DNA of 64,000 bases, taken from positions 63,048 to 127,047 of the forward strand of contig JAVRCJ020000024.1 of NCBI GenBank assembly GCA_034530875.2. The letters run 5' to 3'. Position 1 is the stretch's first letter. Each line of letters starts with the position of its first letter. The notes below the pieces were generated by a model. It had not been told where the DNA came from. It saw only the letters and a list, made by a program, of their open reading frames with translations, and searched no databases. This document shows positions 9,974 to 20,685 of this stretch, one piece after another. This DNA is from Nostoc sp. DedSLP01 (GTDB lineage Bacteria; Cyanobacteriota; Cyanobacteriia; Cyanobacteriales; Nostocaceae). The position numbers were made by a program, and so were the translations under genes.

Positions 9974-11161
9974 ATGATAGGTTTTAATTTATTCTTCCTT
10001 GATAGGAATCAAATTCCCCTAGCATGGTTGCAACTAATGCGGGAGAAAACGCGGTTACTCGTTGCCATTTCAGGTATTAGCTTTGCAGTAGTGCTAATGT
10101 TTATGCAGATGGGATTTCTGACTGCTTTATTTGATAGTGCAGTTGGTATGCATAGCAGTTTACAAGGCGATATTGTGCTGGTTAGTCCTCGGTCGGTGGC
10201 CTTAATTGCTATGAAGCCATTTTCCCAACGGCGGCTATACCAAACATTAGGCTTTGAAGGCGTAGAATCAGTTAGTCCTATTTATGTAGATTCTGGCATC
10301 TGGAAAAACCCACAAAATCCTAGTATCACTCGCAATATTCGAGTCTATGGAATTAATCCTGACGAGCAAGTTTTTAACATGCCGGGGATAGCTGAAAATC
10401 TAGATAAGATTAAAAAGCCTGATGTAGTTTTATTCGATTGGGGTTCGCGTACTGAATTTGGACCGATTAGCACTTTATTCAAGCAGGAAAAAAGTGTAAT
10501 TACAGAGGTAGAAGAACGCCGAGTTAATGTTGGGGGTTTGTTTGAATTGGGAGTTACCTTTGGCTCTGATGGCACTTTAGTCACCAGCGATATAAATTTT
10601 TTGAGAATTTTTGAAGGGCGTAGAAGTGCAGGATTAATTGATATCGGTTTGATTAAATTAAAACCGGGTGTAGATGCAGTAAAAGTCCTAAAAAACTTGA
10701 GGGAAAATCTACCCAAAGATGTGAAAATTTTATCAAAAAAAGAATACAAAGATTTTGAAGTCAACTATTGGAGTGGCAGCACGCCCATTGGTTTTACCTT
10801 TATACTTGGTACAATTATGGGCTTTATTGTCGGTACGATTATCGTTTATCAAGTACTTTATACTGACGTTAACGATCATCTACCAGAGTATGCCACACTC
10901 AAAGCGATCGGATACAAAGATTCCTTCTTTTCAGGTGTTGTATTTCAAGCAGCGATAATTTTAGCCGTGTTAGGCTTTTTGCCTGGAATATTAATTGCTT
11001 GGGGTTTATACGAACTCACGCGCAACGCTACACTATTGCCGATGTTTATGCAGCTAGATAAAAATTTACTAGTTTTAGTTTTGACATTTGTGATGTGCTT
11101 TGTCTCTGGTAGTATCGCTATACGTAAGCTGCGAGAAGCAGACCCAGCCGACATATTTTAA
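9974..11161 (+). CDS. devC: DevC-family ABC exporter permease (paralogue)
   Basis: IPLAWLQL..EKTRLLVAISGISFAVVLMFMQ.GF, HLPEYATLKAIGY, C-terminal ADPADIF. Confidence 0.9.
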   Translation: MIGFNLFFLDRNQIPLAWLQLMREKTRLLVAISGISFAVVLMFMQMGFLTALFDSAVGMHSSLQGDIVLVSPRSVALIAMKPFSQRRLYQTLGFEGVESVSPIYVDSGIWKNPQNPSITRNIRVYGINPDEQVFNMPGIAENLDKIKKPDVVLFDWGSRTEFGPISTLFKQEKSVITEVEERRVNVGGLFELGVTFGSDGTLVTSDINFLRIFEGRRSAGLIDIGLIKLKPGVDAVKVLKNLRENLPKDVKILSKKEYKDFEVNYWSGSTPIGFTFILGTIMGFIVGTIIVYQVLYTDVNDHLPEYATLKAIGYKDSFFSGVVFQAAIILAVLGFLPGILIAWGLYELTRNATLLPMFMQLDKNLLVLVLTFVMCFVSGSIAIRKLREADPADIF

Positions 11162-11190
11162 ATAGAAGGCTCCAAAAAACAAGACTTATT

Positions 11191-11370
11191 TATAGGACTG
11201 AGATTTGATTGCGTGAAAAAAATCAGTACATCCAGACAAGGCTTCTGTCCTACTCCCTGCCTATCGCGCTTGCGCTGCGCTTCTCTACGAGACGCTTTGC
11301 GTAGCTTGCTTCCCCGCAAGGGTACGCGCACCACACAAATAAATTCTCCAAATAAAACCGGATTTCTATA
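11191..11370. mobile_element. MITE-like element between devC and devA carrying a nested small dispersed repeat
   Basis: Ends TATAGGACTGAGATTTGA / AAACCGGATTTCTATA; internal 34-mer at 11279-11312 recurs at 63567-63600 (32/34). Confidence 0.5.
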
Positions 11371-11436
11371 GTTTCTGGATATCATTTGAGATTTAATCTT
11401 GTCTAACTACTCAATATCCTTTTTTATAGTTTTATT

Positions 11437-12168
11437 ATGCAATCGGAACCTATTGTTAATATTGAAAACCTCAGCCATTACTACGGTCAAGGAGCTTTAC
11501 GCAAACAAATTCTGTTTGATATTAATCTCCAAATTCAACCAGGCGAAATTGTAATTATGACCGGGCCTTCTGGGTCTGGTAAAACTTCTTTACTAACTTT
11601 AATTGGTGCTTTACGTTCAGCCCAAAGCGGGAGTTTAAAAGTTTTTGGTCAAGAGTTATGTAGAGCTAGTCAAGACCAATTAGTGCAAGTCCGACGCAAT
11701 ATCGGCTATATTTTTCAGGCACATAACTTGTTGAGTTTTTTAACAGCTCAACAGAATGTGCAAATGTCGCTACAACTCCAACCTGGTATGACCAAACAAA
11801 AGGCTCAACGCCGAGCAAAATCTATACTTGAAGTTGTTGGACTAGGGCAAAGAATTAATAGTTATCCAGAAAACCTTTCTGGCGGACAAAAACAGCGAGT
11901 TGCAATTGCTCGTGCTTTGGTAAATTCTCCTAGATTAGTTCTAGCTGACGAACCTACTGCTGCTTTAGATAGTAAGACTGGTCGCGATGTAGTAGATTTG
12001 ATGCAAAAACTAGCTAAAGAACAAGGGTGTTCTATTTTATTAGTGACTCACGATAATCGGATTTTGGATATTGCGAATCGGATTGTATATATGGAAGATG
12101 GCCGATTACAGAAAAGTAAAACGCAAACTTTTGTTAAAGAAGATGCCATACAAAACGCACTCAGGTAA
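11437..12168 (+). CDS. devA: DevA-family ABC exporter ATP-binding protein (paralogue)
   Basis: GPSGSGKT, LSGGQKQRVAIARAL, LADEPTAALD, VTHD. Confidence 0.9.
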   Translation: MQSEPIVNIENLSHYYGQGALRKQILFDINLQIQPGEIVIMTGPSGSGKTSLLTLIGALRSAQSGSLKVFGQELCRASQDQLVQVRRNIGYIFQAHNLLSFLTAQQNVQMSLQLQPGMTKQKAQRRAKSILEVVGLGQRINSYPENLSGGQKQRVAIARALVNSPRLVLADEPTAALDSKTGRDVVDLMQKLAKEQGCSILLVTHDNRILDIANRIVYMEDGRLQKSKTQTFVKEDAIQNALR

Positions 12169-12507
12169 TTTATGGCGGCGTTGTTTTCTCCGTTGATGCT
12201 TGCACTGAGACTGTATTCATTGAAGAAGAATTCAGAAGTCAGAATGGGCTACGCCCCGCTACGCTAACAGGAGCCAGAACAAGAAAGTGGAGGATTCAGA
12301 GGAGCCACTAATTGTTTTGCACCAAATTTTTAATTTTGTGGGGGTGCAAAAACGCCGTTTATTTATTCACCAGCCGTACAAAATTCCCAAACTGAATTCA
12401 GAATTCAGAATTCTGTTTTGATAAAACCTTCTATTTTTTATTTAAAATTATTTTGTCTAAATTCCATCAGGCAGCAAAACTGTTGTAAATAAATCACAAG
12501 CCATCAT

Positions 12508-12627
12508 TAGACTTCTTGCAGAAGTCGGGAAAAGGGAAAGGGGGAAAGGTTTGGTATTTTCCTTTCCCCAATAAAGATGCATACCTTTTTCCACAAGAGT
12601 GCAAAAAACAGTTTTGCAAGAACTCTA
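12508..12627. mobile_element. MITE-like element
   Basis: Inverted termini TAGACTTCTTGCA / TGCAAGAACTCTA; internal GGGAAAA-type repeats. Confidence 0.5.
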
Positions 12628-12860
12628 TTGTCAATTTGTATTTCCGTCTTTACCCGGATCTCGGCTTTACCTCTATTGGATTCAATAGAAACAGATCGTA
12701 AATGGGTTTAACTCTATTATATTTCCGATTTGACAGCGAACTTTGTTTGAGAAATATCTAATATGGATAATTCTTACTCAAAAAGCTCAGATGTGGAGCT
12801 AATCTAAACCTGCGATCGCAAGAGAAACTCAATAATCCCAACTGGAATTCAGGATTGACC

Positions 12861-15800
12861 ATGAGCCAACGATTCCCATCTGAAAATTTCCAGACAAATG
12901 TTGGAACTAATACTGGTTTAATTGGAAGCGATCGCGCACAAATCCCTCTGTGTGAGAGCGACGCATATTGGCAGCAAGCAATTGAGTATGCTTCTTTGGG
13001 GATAGCCATATTCGATCGAGAAATGCGTTATCTAAATGTGAATCGCAAATGGCTCGACGATTATCAGCTGACTGATAACATTATTGGATGCTCACACTAT
13101 GAGATATTTCCTGATATTACACCAGAGTGGAAGCAAATTCATCAAAAGTGTTTGGCAGGGGAGACCATACAACGTGCTGAAGATCCTTGTCTACTAGCAG
13201 GCGGAACTATAGAGTGGATCGGTTGGTCAATCCGTCCTTGGTATATGGCAGACGGTGAAATCGGCGGCATTATGATGTTCAGTGAGAACATCACCCAGCG
13301 CAAGCAAACGGAAATAACGCTGCAAGAACGCGAGGAACAATTCCGCTTAACTTTTGAACAAGCGGCCATAGGGATTTGCCACGTAAGTTTAGATGGACAT
13401 TGGGTGCTGGTTAATCAACGCTTCTGTGAAATTGTGGGTTACGAGCGTGAGGAATTATTAGCTCTGACATTTCAAGATATTACTCATCCGGAGGACTTAG
13501 AAACAGATTTCAGTTATGTCCAGCAGTTGCTTCAAGGTATAATTACTCGCTACTCAATTGAGAAGCGATACATCCATAAAAACGGTTCTATTATTTGGAT
13601 CGCTCTCGACGTTTCCTTGCTGCGTCTAGCTTCTGGAGAACCTGTATACTTTATTTCCACTATTCAGGATATTGGCGATCGCAAACAAGCCGAAATCGCA
13701 CTCCAGCAAAGCGAAGAACGTTATCGTTCGCTAATTGCTGCAACTTCTCAAATAGTCTGGACAGCAGATACTCAAGGGCGATCGCCAGATATGCCAACCA
13801 TGAGGGCTTACACCGGACTAACCGAATCAGAGGTAATTAATTTGGGTTGGTTAAATGCAATTCATCCAGACGATCGCCAAAAAACAACTCAAGTCTGGAT
13901 GCAAGCAGTGGAAACCAGAAGCTTATATGAAGTAGAGTATCGGATTCGAGGAGCTGATGGTAATTATCGCTATTTCCAAGGTCGAGGTGTTCCCGTTCTC
14001 AATGGAGATGGTAGCATCCGCGAGTGGGTAGGGACTTGTACCGACATCCACGAGAGCAAAGAAGCTGAAGAAGCTTTACAAGAAAGCAATACATTGTTGC
14101 GATCGATTTTAGAAAGTACTCCAGACTTCATTGTTGTCAAGGATCTTGATGGGCGTCATGTTGCTCTTAACTCGAATTTAGCCAAATTCTTTGGTAAGCC
14201 AATTGAGGAAATTATCGGCAAAGATGATTTTGAACTACTATCGCCTGAGGTTGCAAGTGCAATGATGGCTAAAGACCGCCAGATTATGACCGCAGGCATT
14301 GCTGAGACTTATGAAGAAGATGTCCATAATGGTGAAATTAGAGGAACCTACCTGACTACAAAAGCTCCTTGGCGGGATACTCACGGGAATATTCTCGGTA
14401 TTATTGCCATCACTAGAAATATTAGCGATCGCAAACAAGCAGAACTAGCGCTGCAACGAAGTGAAGAAAGATTCCGTTCGTTAATTGAAGCTACATCTCA
14501 AATTGTTTGGAGTACTGATGCTGAAGGTGCATTCGTCACCGACCAACCACAATGGCGAGCTTTCACAGGACAAACCGCGGAAGAACTGTCGGGTTTGGGA
14601 TGGCTAAATATGATACATCCAGAAGATAAAGCTCACACTAATGAGGTTTGGTCAGCAGCACTTAGCAAGCGCACTGTTTATCAAGCCGAGCTACGGATTC
14701 AGCGTCATGACGGTGAGTACCGCTACTTCAGCGCCCGTGGCGTACCGATGTTGGATGTAGATGGCAGCGTGCGAGAGTGGGTAGGTGCTAACACTGATAT
14801 TACCGATCGCAAACAAGCAGAAATTGCTCTTGCCAAAGCCAAAGAAGCAGCAGAAGCAGCGAGTTATGCCAAAAGCGAATTTCTGGCTAACATGAGCCAT
14901 GAGTTACGGACACCGCTTAATGGCATCCTTGGCTATGCCCAAATTCTTCAGCGTTCCAAAAATTTAGATGAAGAAGCGCGATCGCGCATTGATGTCATCT
15001 ACCAGTGCGGTTCGCATTTGCTGACCTTAATTAATGACATCTTAGATTTGTCCAAGATTGAGGCGCAGAAAACAGAACTCATGCCTACGGATTTCCACTT
15101 CCCGGCCTTCTTGCAAGGTGTCGCCGAGATGTGCCGCATCCGTGCCGAACTGAAAAATATTAATTTTCAATATCAATTAGCCTCAGAACTACCTATTGGC
15201 ATTCGTGCCGATGAAAAACGCCTGCGGCAAGTATTAATCAACCTTCTGAGCAACGCCATCAAATTTACCGATACAGGTAGCGTCACCTTTACAATTAGCT
15301 ATGGCTCGGAAGAAAAAATTCGCTTTGAAATACGCGATACAGGCATCGGTATTGCTCAAGACAAACTCGAAGCGATTTTTCAACCCTTTGAACAAGCAGG
15401 AGATAGCCGCCGCCAAACCGAGGGTACTGGGTTGGGATTGGCAATCAGTCAAAAAATTGTAGAACTGATGGGTAGCACGATTCACGTTCAAAGTGAGATA
15501 GGAGTCGGCAGTATTTTCTGGTTTGATGTCAACTTACCTGTTGCTGACGAATGGGTGAAAACATCGCAAGCTGACGATAAAGGACAAATTATTGGCATCA
15601 AAGACTGTCGTCCTAAGGTGCTTGTGGTTGATGACAAATGGGCAAATCGCTCAGTCGTTGCCAACTTGCTTACTCCCATTGGTTTCGAGATCGCTGAAGC
15701 ACTCAATGGAGAAGAAGGTTGGCAAAAAGTTCAAGAATTTCAGCCAAATCTCGTCATTACCGATTTATTGATGCCAGAACTCGATGGCTTTGGTCTCATC

Positions 15801-16223
15801 AAGCGTATTCGCGAATCGGATACATTCAAAGATATTGCCATAATTGTTTCCTCAGCTAGCGTATTTGAAAGCGATCGCGATCGGAGCTTAGAAGTGGGGG
15901 GAGATGAGTTTCTTCCCAAACCTTTACAAGCAATGGATCTGTTTCAAAAATTACGCAAACTTCTCAATCTAGAGTGGCTTTACGAACAGCAAGATTTAAG
16001 TCAATCAGAGCACCACTATACTCAGCTAGTCGCTCCACCTACAGCAGAATTAGAAACTCTGTACGAGTTGGTAATGAAAGGTAACTTCAAGGGAATTATT
16101 AAACAAGCAGCATTGCTTGCACAAATGGATGAAAAATACATCCCCTTTGCTAATAAGCTGCACGAACTGGCAAAAGGATTTCAAGACCAAGATATTCTTG
16201 CACTCATTCAATCTTACAAATAA
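12861..16223 (+). CDS. Multi-PAS hybrid sensor histidine kinase (about 5 PAS/PAC, HisKA, HATPase, REC)
   Basis: Repeated HPED/HPDD and DITDRKQAE PAC ends; FLANMSHELRTPLNGI; NLLSNAIKFT; GTGLGL; VDD..TDLLMP..KP receiver. ORF track starts at TTG 12855. Confidence 0.92.
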   Translation: MSQRFPSENFQTNVGTNTGLIGSDRAQIPLCESDAYWQQAIEYASLGIAIFDREMRYLNVNRKWLDDYQLTDNIIGCSHYEIFPDITPEWKQIHQKCLAGETIQRAEDPCLLAGGTIEWIGWSIRPWYMADGEIGGIMMFSENITQRKQTEITLQEREEQFRLTFEQAAIGICHVSLDGHWVLVNQRFCEIVGYEREELLALTFQDITHPEDLETDFSYVQQLLQGIITRYSIEKRYIHKNGSIIWIALDVSLLRLASGEPVYFISTIQDIGDRKQAEIALQQSEERYRSLIAATSQIVWTADTQGRSPDMPTMRAYTGLTESEVINLGWLNAIHPDDRQKTTQVWMQAVETRSLYEVEYRIRGADGNYRYFQGRGVPVLNGDGSIREWVGTCTDIHESKEAEEALQESNTLLRSILESTPDFIVVKDLDGRHVALNSNLAKFFGKPIEEIIGKDDFELLSPEVASAMMAKDRQIMTAGIAETYEEDVHNGEIRGTYLTTKAPWRDTHGNILGIIAITRNISDRKQAELALQRSEERFRSLIEATSQIVWSTDAEGAFVTDQPQWRAFTGQTAEELSGLGWLNMIHPEDKAHTNEVWSAALSKRTVYQAELRIQRHDGEYRYFSARGVPMLDVDGSVREWVGANTDITDRKQAEIALAKAKEAAEAASYAKSEFLANMSHELRTPLNGILGYAQILQRSKNLDEEARSRIDVIYQCGSHLLTLINDILDLSKIEAQKTELMPTDFHFPAFLQGVAEMCRIRAELKNINFQYQLASELPIGIRADEKRLRQVLINLLSNAIKFTDTGSVTFTISYGSEEKIRFEIRDTGIGIAQDKLEAIFQPFEQAGDSRRQTEGTGLGLAISQKIVELMGSTIHVQSEIGVGSIFWFDVNLPVADEWVKTSQADDKGQIIGIKDCRPKVLVVDDKWANRSVVANLLTPIGFEIAEALNGEEGWQKVQEFQPNLVITDLLMPELDGFGLIKRIRESDTFKDIAIIVSSASVFESDRDRSLEVGGDEFLPKPLQAMDLFQKLRKLLNLEWLYEQQDLSQSEHHYTQLVAPPTAELETLYELVMKGNFKGIIKQAALLAQMDEKYIPFANKLHELAKGFQDQDILALIQSYK

Positions 16224-16228
16224 AGGCT

Positions 16229-17557
16229 ATGAATCTCCAAATCGAACAAATTCCGACGGTTCTTATTGTTGATGATAATCCAGCCAATTTAGGTGTTTTA
16301 TCTGATGCCCTCGATCAGGCTGGCTTAGAAGTTTGGGTAGCAAAATCTGGCAAGGTAGCTCTCGAACGCGTGATGTATGCTCTACCAAATTTAATCTTGT
16401 TGGATGTAATGATGCCAGAGATGGATGGTTTTGAAACTTGTCGCCAATTGAAGGCAAATCCTGTAACTAAAGATATTCCAGTCATTTTTATGACTGCACT
16501 CTCTGATACTGCCAACAAAGTCGAAGGTTTTGAAGTTGGCGCTGTAGACTACATTACAAAACCTTTCCAGCAAGAAGAAGTTTTATCACGGGTGAAATTG
16601 CATTTGAAGCTGTACGATTTAACAAATAAGCTAGAGCAGAAAAATACTCTTTTGGAGCAGAAAGTTTCAGAAATTAGCCTTGCATATAATGATTTACAAG
16701 AAATGCAAATCAAGCTGATTCAAAGCGAGAAACTATCTAGTTTAGGACAAATGGTAGCTGGAATTGCTCATGAAATTAACAACCCCGTAAATTTTATTTA
16801 TGGCAATCTCAGCCATGCTAATGAATATACCCGAGAAGTGTTGAATCTGCTGCGTCTTTATCAAGAAGAATATCCCAATCCCACACCCCGTATTCAAAGC
16901 GAACTGGAGGCGACTGATATAGATTTTATCCAGGATGACTTATTCAAATTACTCAACTCAATGAATATCGGTGCAAAACGTATTCGTGAAATCGTACAAT
17001 CTATGCGGATTTTCTCTCGTGTAGACGAACTCAACATGAAAGCGGTGAATATTCACGAAGGTATTGAGAGCACACTGACTATTTTAAACTACCGATTAAA
17101 ATCAAGACCAGACCATCCTGGAATCGAAATCGTTAAAAATTACGGTCAATTACCACTAGTTGAATGTCATGCCGGACAACTCAACCAAGTATTTATGAAT
17201 GTGCTTGCTAATGCCATTGATGCATTAGACGAACACAATCAAAATCGCTCATTTGAAGAGATTCAAAAACAACCAAGTCGGATTGAGATTACCACCAAGG
17301 TAATTGGAGATAATTGGGTTTCTATTCATATAGTTGATAACGGCCCTGGTATTTGTGAAGATGTCAAAGCAAAGCTGTTCGATCCATTTTTCACAACGAA
17401 AGCTGCCGGCAAAGGAACCGGATTAGGCTTGTCTATCAGCTACCAGATTATTGCTCAAAAGCATGGTGGCAGTCTTTACTGTGAATGTATACCTGGAAAA
17501 CAGACAGAATTTGTAATTCAAATTCCAATTCAACAGCGAGTTGCCCAAGTTGCTTAA
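16229..17557 (+). CDS. Hybrid response regulator/histidine kinase (REC-HisKA-HATPase)
   Basis: [44 protein letters not shown]. Confidence 0.92.
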   Translation: MNLQIEQIPTVLIVDDNPANLGVLSDALDQAGLEVWVAKSGKVALERVMYALPNLILLDVMMPEMDGFETCRQLKANPVTKDIPVIFMTALSDTANKVEGFEVGAVDYITKPFQQEEVLSRVKLHLKLYDLTNKLEQKNTLLEQKVSEISLAYNDLQEMQIKLIQSEKLSSLGQMVAGIAHEINNPVNFIYGNLSHANEYTREVLNLLRLYQEEYPNPTPRIQSELEATDIDFIQDDLFKLLNSMNIGAKRIREIVQSMRIFSRVDELNMKAVNIHEGIESTLTILNYRLKSRPDHPGIEIVKNYGQLPLVECHAGQLNQVFMNVLANAIDALDEHNQNRSFEEIQKQPSRIEITTKVIGDNWVSIHIVDNGPGICEDVKAKLFDPFFTTKAAGKGTGLGLSISYQIIAQKHGGSLYCECIPGKQTEFVIQIPIQQRVAQVA

Positions 17558-17753
17558 GGCATTATTGGTCAATAATACTCTGTGTCCGGCAATAATCCAC
17601 TTAAACAATAAATAAACTGATTTAATAATTAATATTTTTAAATGTAGGGTGTGTTGTCGCCAAGCGCCGCACCCTCAAAAATTCATGAAAGATACCTTAT
17701 CCTCAGCAATAATATACCTCCGGAAATTTATATTTCAATGTATTCATCATTAA

Positions 17754-19082
17754 TCACAAACTAAATTCGGCTGCATTATCTTCATCGAAATCTGCATCTT
17801 TCCCAACAGCAGTTGGTTTAAATTTAGAATCGTGAACTAATTCACTAAATGAAATTCCTGGGTTTTGCACCAGAATATTCAGCACGCTCATAAAATCCCG
17901 CACAATTTCCCCTGGCGTCAGCAATGCTTCTGCACCCAAGCGATTGACAATTTCTTGCACGAAATCTTTTAACTCACGATTTGTTAAAGTCTGTTGATAA
18001 CCAAAATTGAGAGCATGAATTTCAGCTAAACGTTGCAAAAGCGTCAAAATTTCTACTTCACTTAACGGATTTAATCGAATTACTGGCCCTAAAACTTCTT
18101 GAACGTTAGCTTGTGCGGCAAAACGGCTTTCTTTCGTGCGTCTTCGCCAAGCTTGGTCTGCAAAAAGTCCCCTATTTGGATCTTCTAAAAATTTGGTTGT
18201 TCCACCAATAAAAATACCAAGATGTTCTGCTTTACATTGCATGGTATCGTTAAACATTGCTAGAAGTCGATTATAATTCTTTTCTCGCGTGACCGTAGTA
18301 GAAATTTGATATAAATGTACAGCTTCATCAACTAAAATTAACAGCCCTTTATAACCGATTTCAGCGACAAATTTAGCAAATAATTTGATGTAGTCATACC
18401 AACTATCATCATCAATAATGACTCGGACTCCTAAGGCTGCTTTCGCCTCAATTCTAGTAGTAAATTCTCCGCGCAACCAGCGCATTGCTGCATTTTTTAA
18501 ATTGTCATCATCCAATCTGTAGCCGCGCCAATAAGCAATAATCACACTACCAAAATCGAAACCGTGAACTAAATCTTCAATGTATTGAACTACTTCCCTA
18601 ATTTTTAATTCAACTCGGTCGTCAAAACCGTCGTCATTAGGACGCATTTCAGTTTCTTTGACTACTTCTTGTTGAATTTTATTAATCCATCCTTCCAAAA
18701 TCGAAACTAAAGCACCACCATCAGGACGAGTTTTTGTAGCTAAATGGCTCATTAATTCTCGATAGGTTGCTAAACCTTCGTTGTTACTTCCTGCTAACCG
18801 ACGTTCAGGCGATAAATCAGCATCAGCGACGACAAAACCTTGCTCCATCGCTCGGTTACGAATTAGTTGCAGTAAAAAGCTTTTTCCCGAACCGTAATTG
18901 CCAATTATAAACCTAAATGCTGCTACGCCTTCTGCAATATCATCCAAATTTTGTAATAGGCTTTTGAGTTCTTTTTCTCGACCTACTGCTATATGTTCAA
19001 CTCCCATTCTTGGTACTACCCCCGCACCAAGGGAATTAATCAAAGCAGTGGAAATTTTTTTCGAGATTTTGAGCTTTGCCAT
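17754..19082 (-). CDS. DUF2791 / BrxD-like P-loop ATPase (Shango SngB-like)
   Basis: SLGAGVVPR.G, GNYGSGKS Walker A, LSPERRL.G, RWLRGE, LVDE Walker B. Confidence 0.85.
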   Translation of the reverse strand: MAKLKISKKISTALINSLGAGVVPRMGVEHIAVGREKELKSLLQNLDDIAEGVAAFRFIIGNYGSGKSFLLQLIRNRAMEQGFVVADADLSPERRLAGSNNEGLATYRELMSHLATKTRPDGGALVSILEGWINKIQQEVVKETEMRPNDDGFDDRVELKIREVVQYIEDLVHGFDFGSVIIAYWRGYRLDDDNLKNAAMRWLRGEFTTRIEAKAALGVRVIIDDDSWYDYIKLFAKFVAEIGYKGLLILVDEAVHLYQISTTVTREKNYNRLLAMFNDTMQCKAEHLGIFIGGTTKFLEDPNRGLFADQAWRRRTKESRFAAQANVQEVLGPVIRLNPLSEVEILTLLQRLAEIHALNFGYQQTLTNRELKDFVQEIVNRLGAEALLTPGEIVRDFMSVLNILVQNPGISFSELVHDSKFKPTAVGKDADFDEDNAAEFSL

Positions 19083-19197
19083 GTATTACACTTCACTTTA
19101 TTCTAAACCCAGAAGCAGGCAGCGGCTAGTTAATGTATTTTCTTGCCTTATTCATAATATAACAACGTCAGCATTTAGAAGTCAGGATTAAGAAGTC

Positions 19198-20532
19198 CTA
19201 CATTTGAGTGTGTCTAGCCATCAGGTCGTCATACATTGCAATTATTTTTTTTAGATATGGCTGATGTTCTTGATAAATTTGTGGAATTTCGGAATTTGCA
19301 TCTACGATCAATTCACCAATAATATCATTGGCTCGTTCGTTTATAGAGTCTATGAGCAAATTTGGCATGGTGATATGTGCTTCAGCAATTTTTTTAATAG
19401 TAGCTTTTGTATCATCTTGTTCGACTATAGATTTTAATACTTGTAATTCATATCCTGGAAGTTGTTCTAAAAAATTAGTCCATTCTTCTGGTATATTTTC
19501 TAATGTCTCATTTTCTGGAGAATCTGTTATTGTTGAAGGTTCGATTATTTCATTAAAAGGAAATAATTCAACATCATCTTCTGTTACATTGTTAGGCAGA
19601 GGTTCTTGATTGAAGGTATCTATTTGTTGGAGTAATTCCCACACTTGATTTTGCAATAAATCTCGTTCTTCTTGCAATAATGAAATTTGTCCTTGCAATT
19701 GTTGCAACTCTTGTTTTTGCGTTACTATTTGAGCTTGTGAGGACTTTAGGAAAGCTTGTATATTTTCTCTCTCGGTTGTTGTCGCTACAAGTAGTTCGTT
19801 TTCTTTGTTGACTTTAATTTCTAGCTCTTGAATTGCGATTCTTAGCTCGTATAGTTTTTCTTCTAATTGGGGTTTGAGTCTGCCTAAAAGAGTTAAATTG
19901 CTTTCAAGTTCTTGTTTTTGTTGTTGGAGTTCGGAAATTTGAACTTGTAGCTGAGCGATTTCCGCGCGGGATATATGACAATTCGACTCTAAACGGCGCT
20001 TTTCTGTTGTCAGGTTAGCAAAAGTGTTGTTTAACTCTGCTTGGTTCTTTTCTAGGTTACTCAGTTCAACTTGTAGATTATTGATTTCGCTTTCTAATTG
20101 CTTTTTTTGCCCGGCAAATGTTCTGACTTCTCGATTGAGACTGTCTCTTTGGGTACGATTTTCAGTTACTTGATTTTGCAGTTGTTTTGACTCTGCGTAT
20201 AATAAATTATGATGTTCTTCAATTTGGTTGATTTCTCTGACAATCCGAGCTTTCAATCCCTCCATTTCTTTAATGCGTTTTTTCAGAGAACCTAAAACTA
20301 ACATTTCATAGTTTCTGCGCCGTTTATCTACGAATAAAGCTGTTCCATAGATAATAAATGCAGTAATTATACCCGTGAGAAAGGCTTTGTTAAAATCCCA
20401 GTTGGGAACAAGGCTAAGTCCAAAACTCACACTAAAGGCAACTATGCCTAAAATTAATCGATTACTGATCGTTACTGATTGCATATTGCTGGTTGTTAGC
20501 GTAGTTAATTTATTGGAATAAGCCGTTTTCAT
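19198..20532 (-). CDS. Membrane-anchored coiled-coil protein with TerB-C-like C-terminal domain (SngA-like); alternative start at 20484
   Basis: Two N-terminal hydrophobic helices, long heptad coiled coil, C-terminal IAE..ITMPNLLIDSINERANDIIGELIV resembling TerB-C. Confidence 0.7.
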   Translation of the reverse strand: MKTAYSNKLTTLTTSNMQSVTISNRLILGIVAFSVSFGLSLVPNWDFNKAFLTGIITAFIIYGTALFVDKRRRNYEMLVLGSLKKRIKEMEGLKARIVREINQIEEHHNLLYAESKQLQNQVTENRTQRDSLNREVRTFAGQKKQLESEINNLQVELSNLEKNQAELNNTFANLTTEKRRLESNCHISRAEIAQLQVQISELQQQKQELESNLTLLGRLKPQLEEKLYELRIAIQELEIKVNKENELLVATTTERENIQAFLKSSQAQIVTQKQELQQLQGQISLLQEERDLLQNQVWELLQQIDTFNQEPLPNNVTEDDVELFPFNEIIEPSTITDSPENETLENIPEEWTNFLEQLPGYELQVLKSIVEQDDTKATIKKIAEAHITMPNLLIDSINERANDIIGELIVDANSEIPQIYQEHQPYLKKIIAMYDDLMARHTQM

Positions 20533-20685
20533 AGTATTTGGTAATTTTTAATTAGAATATACATAGAAAAATCCTTAATAAAAATAGGTTGAAATTTGTA
20601 GTATAATAATATTTCTAAAATCTATAATTAGAATTATTTGTCAATAACATTGTTACGCAATAAATAAAAAAGTGTCATCAACAAA

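Noticed and set aside
17754..19082. Complete BREX system
   Set aside because: Only a BrxD-like ATPase is present; no pglX, pglZ, brxC or brxHI in the window
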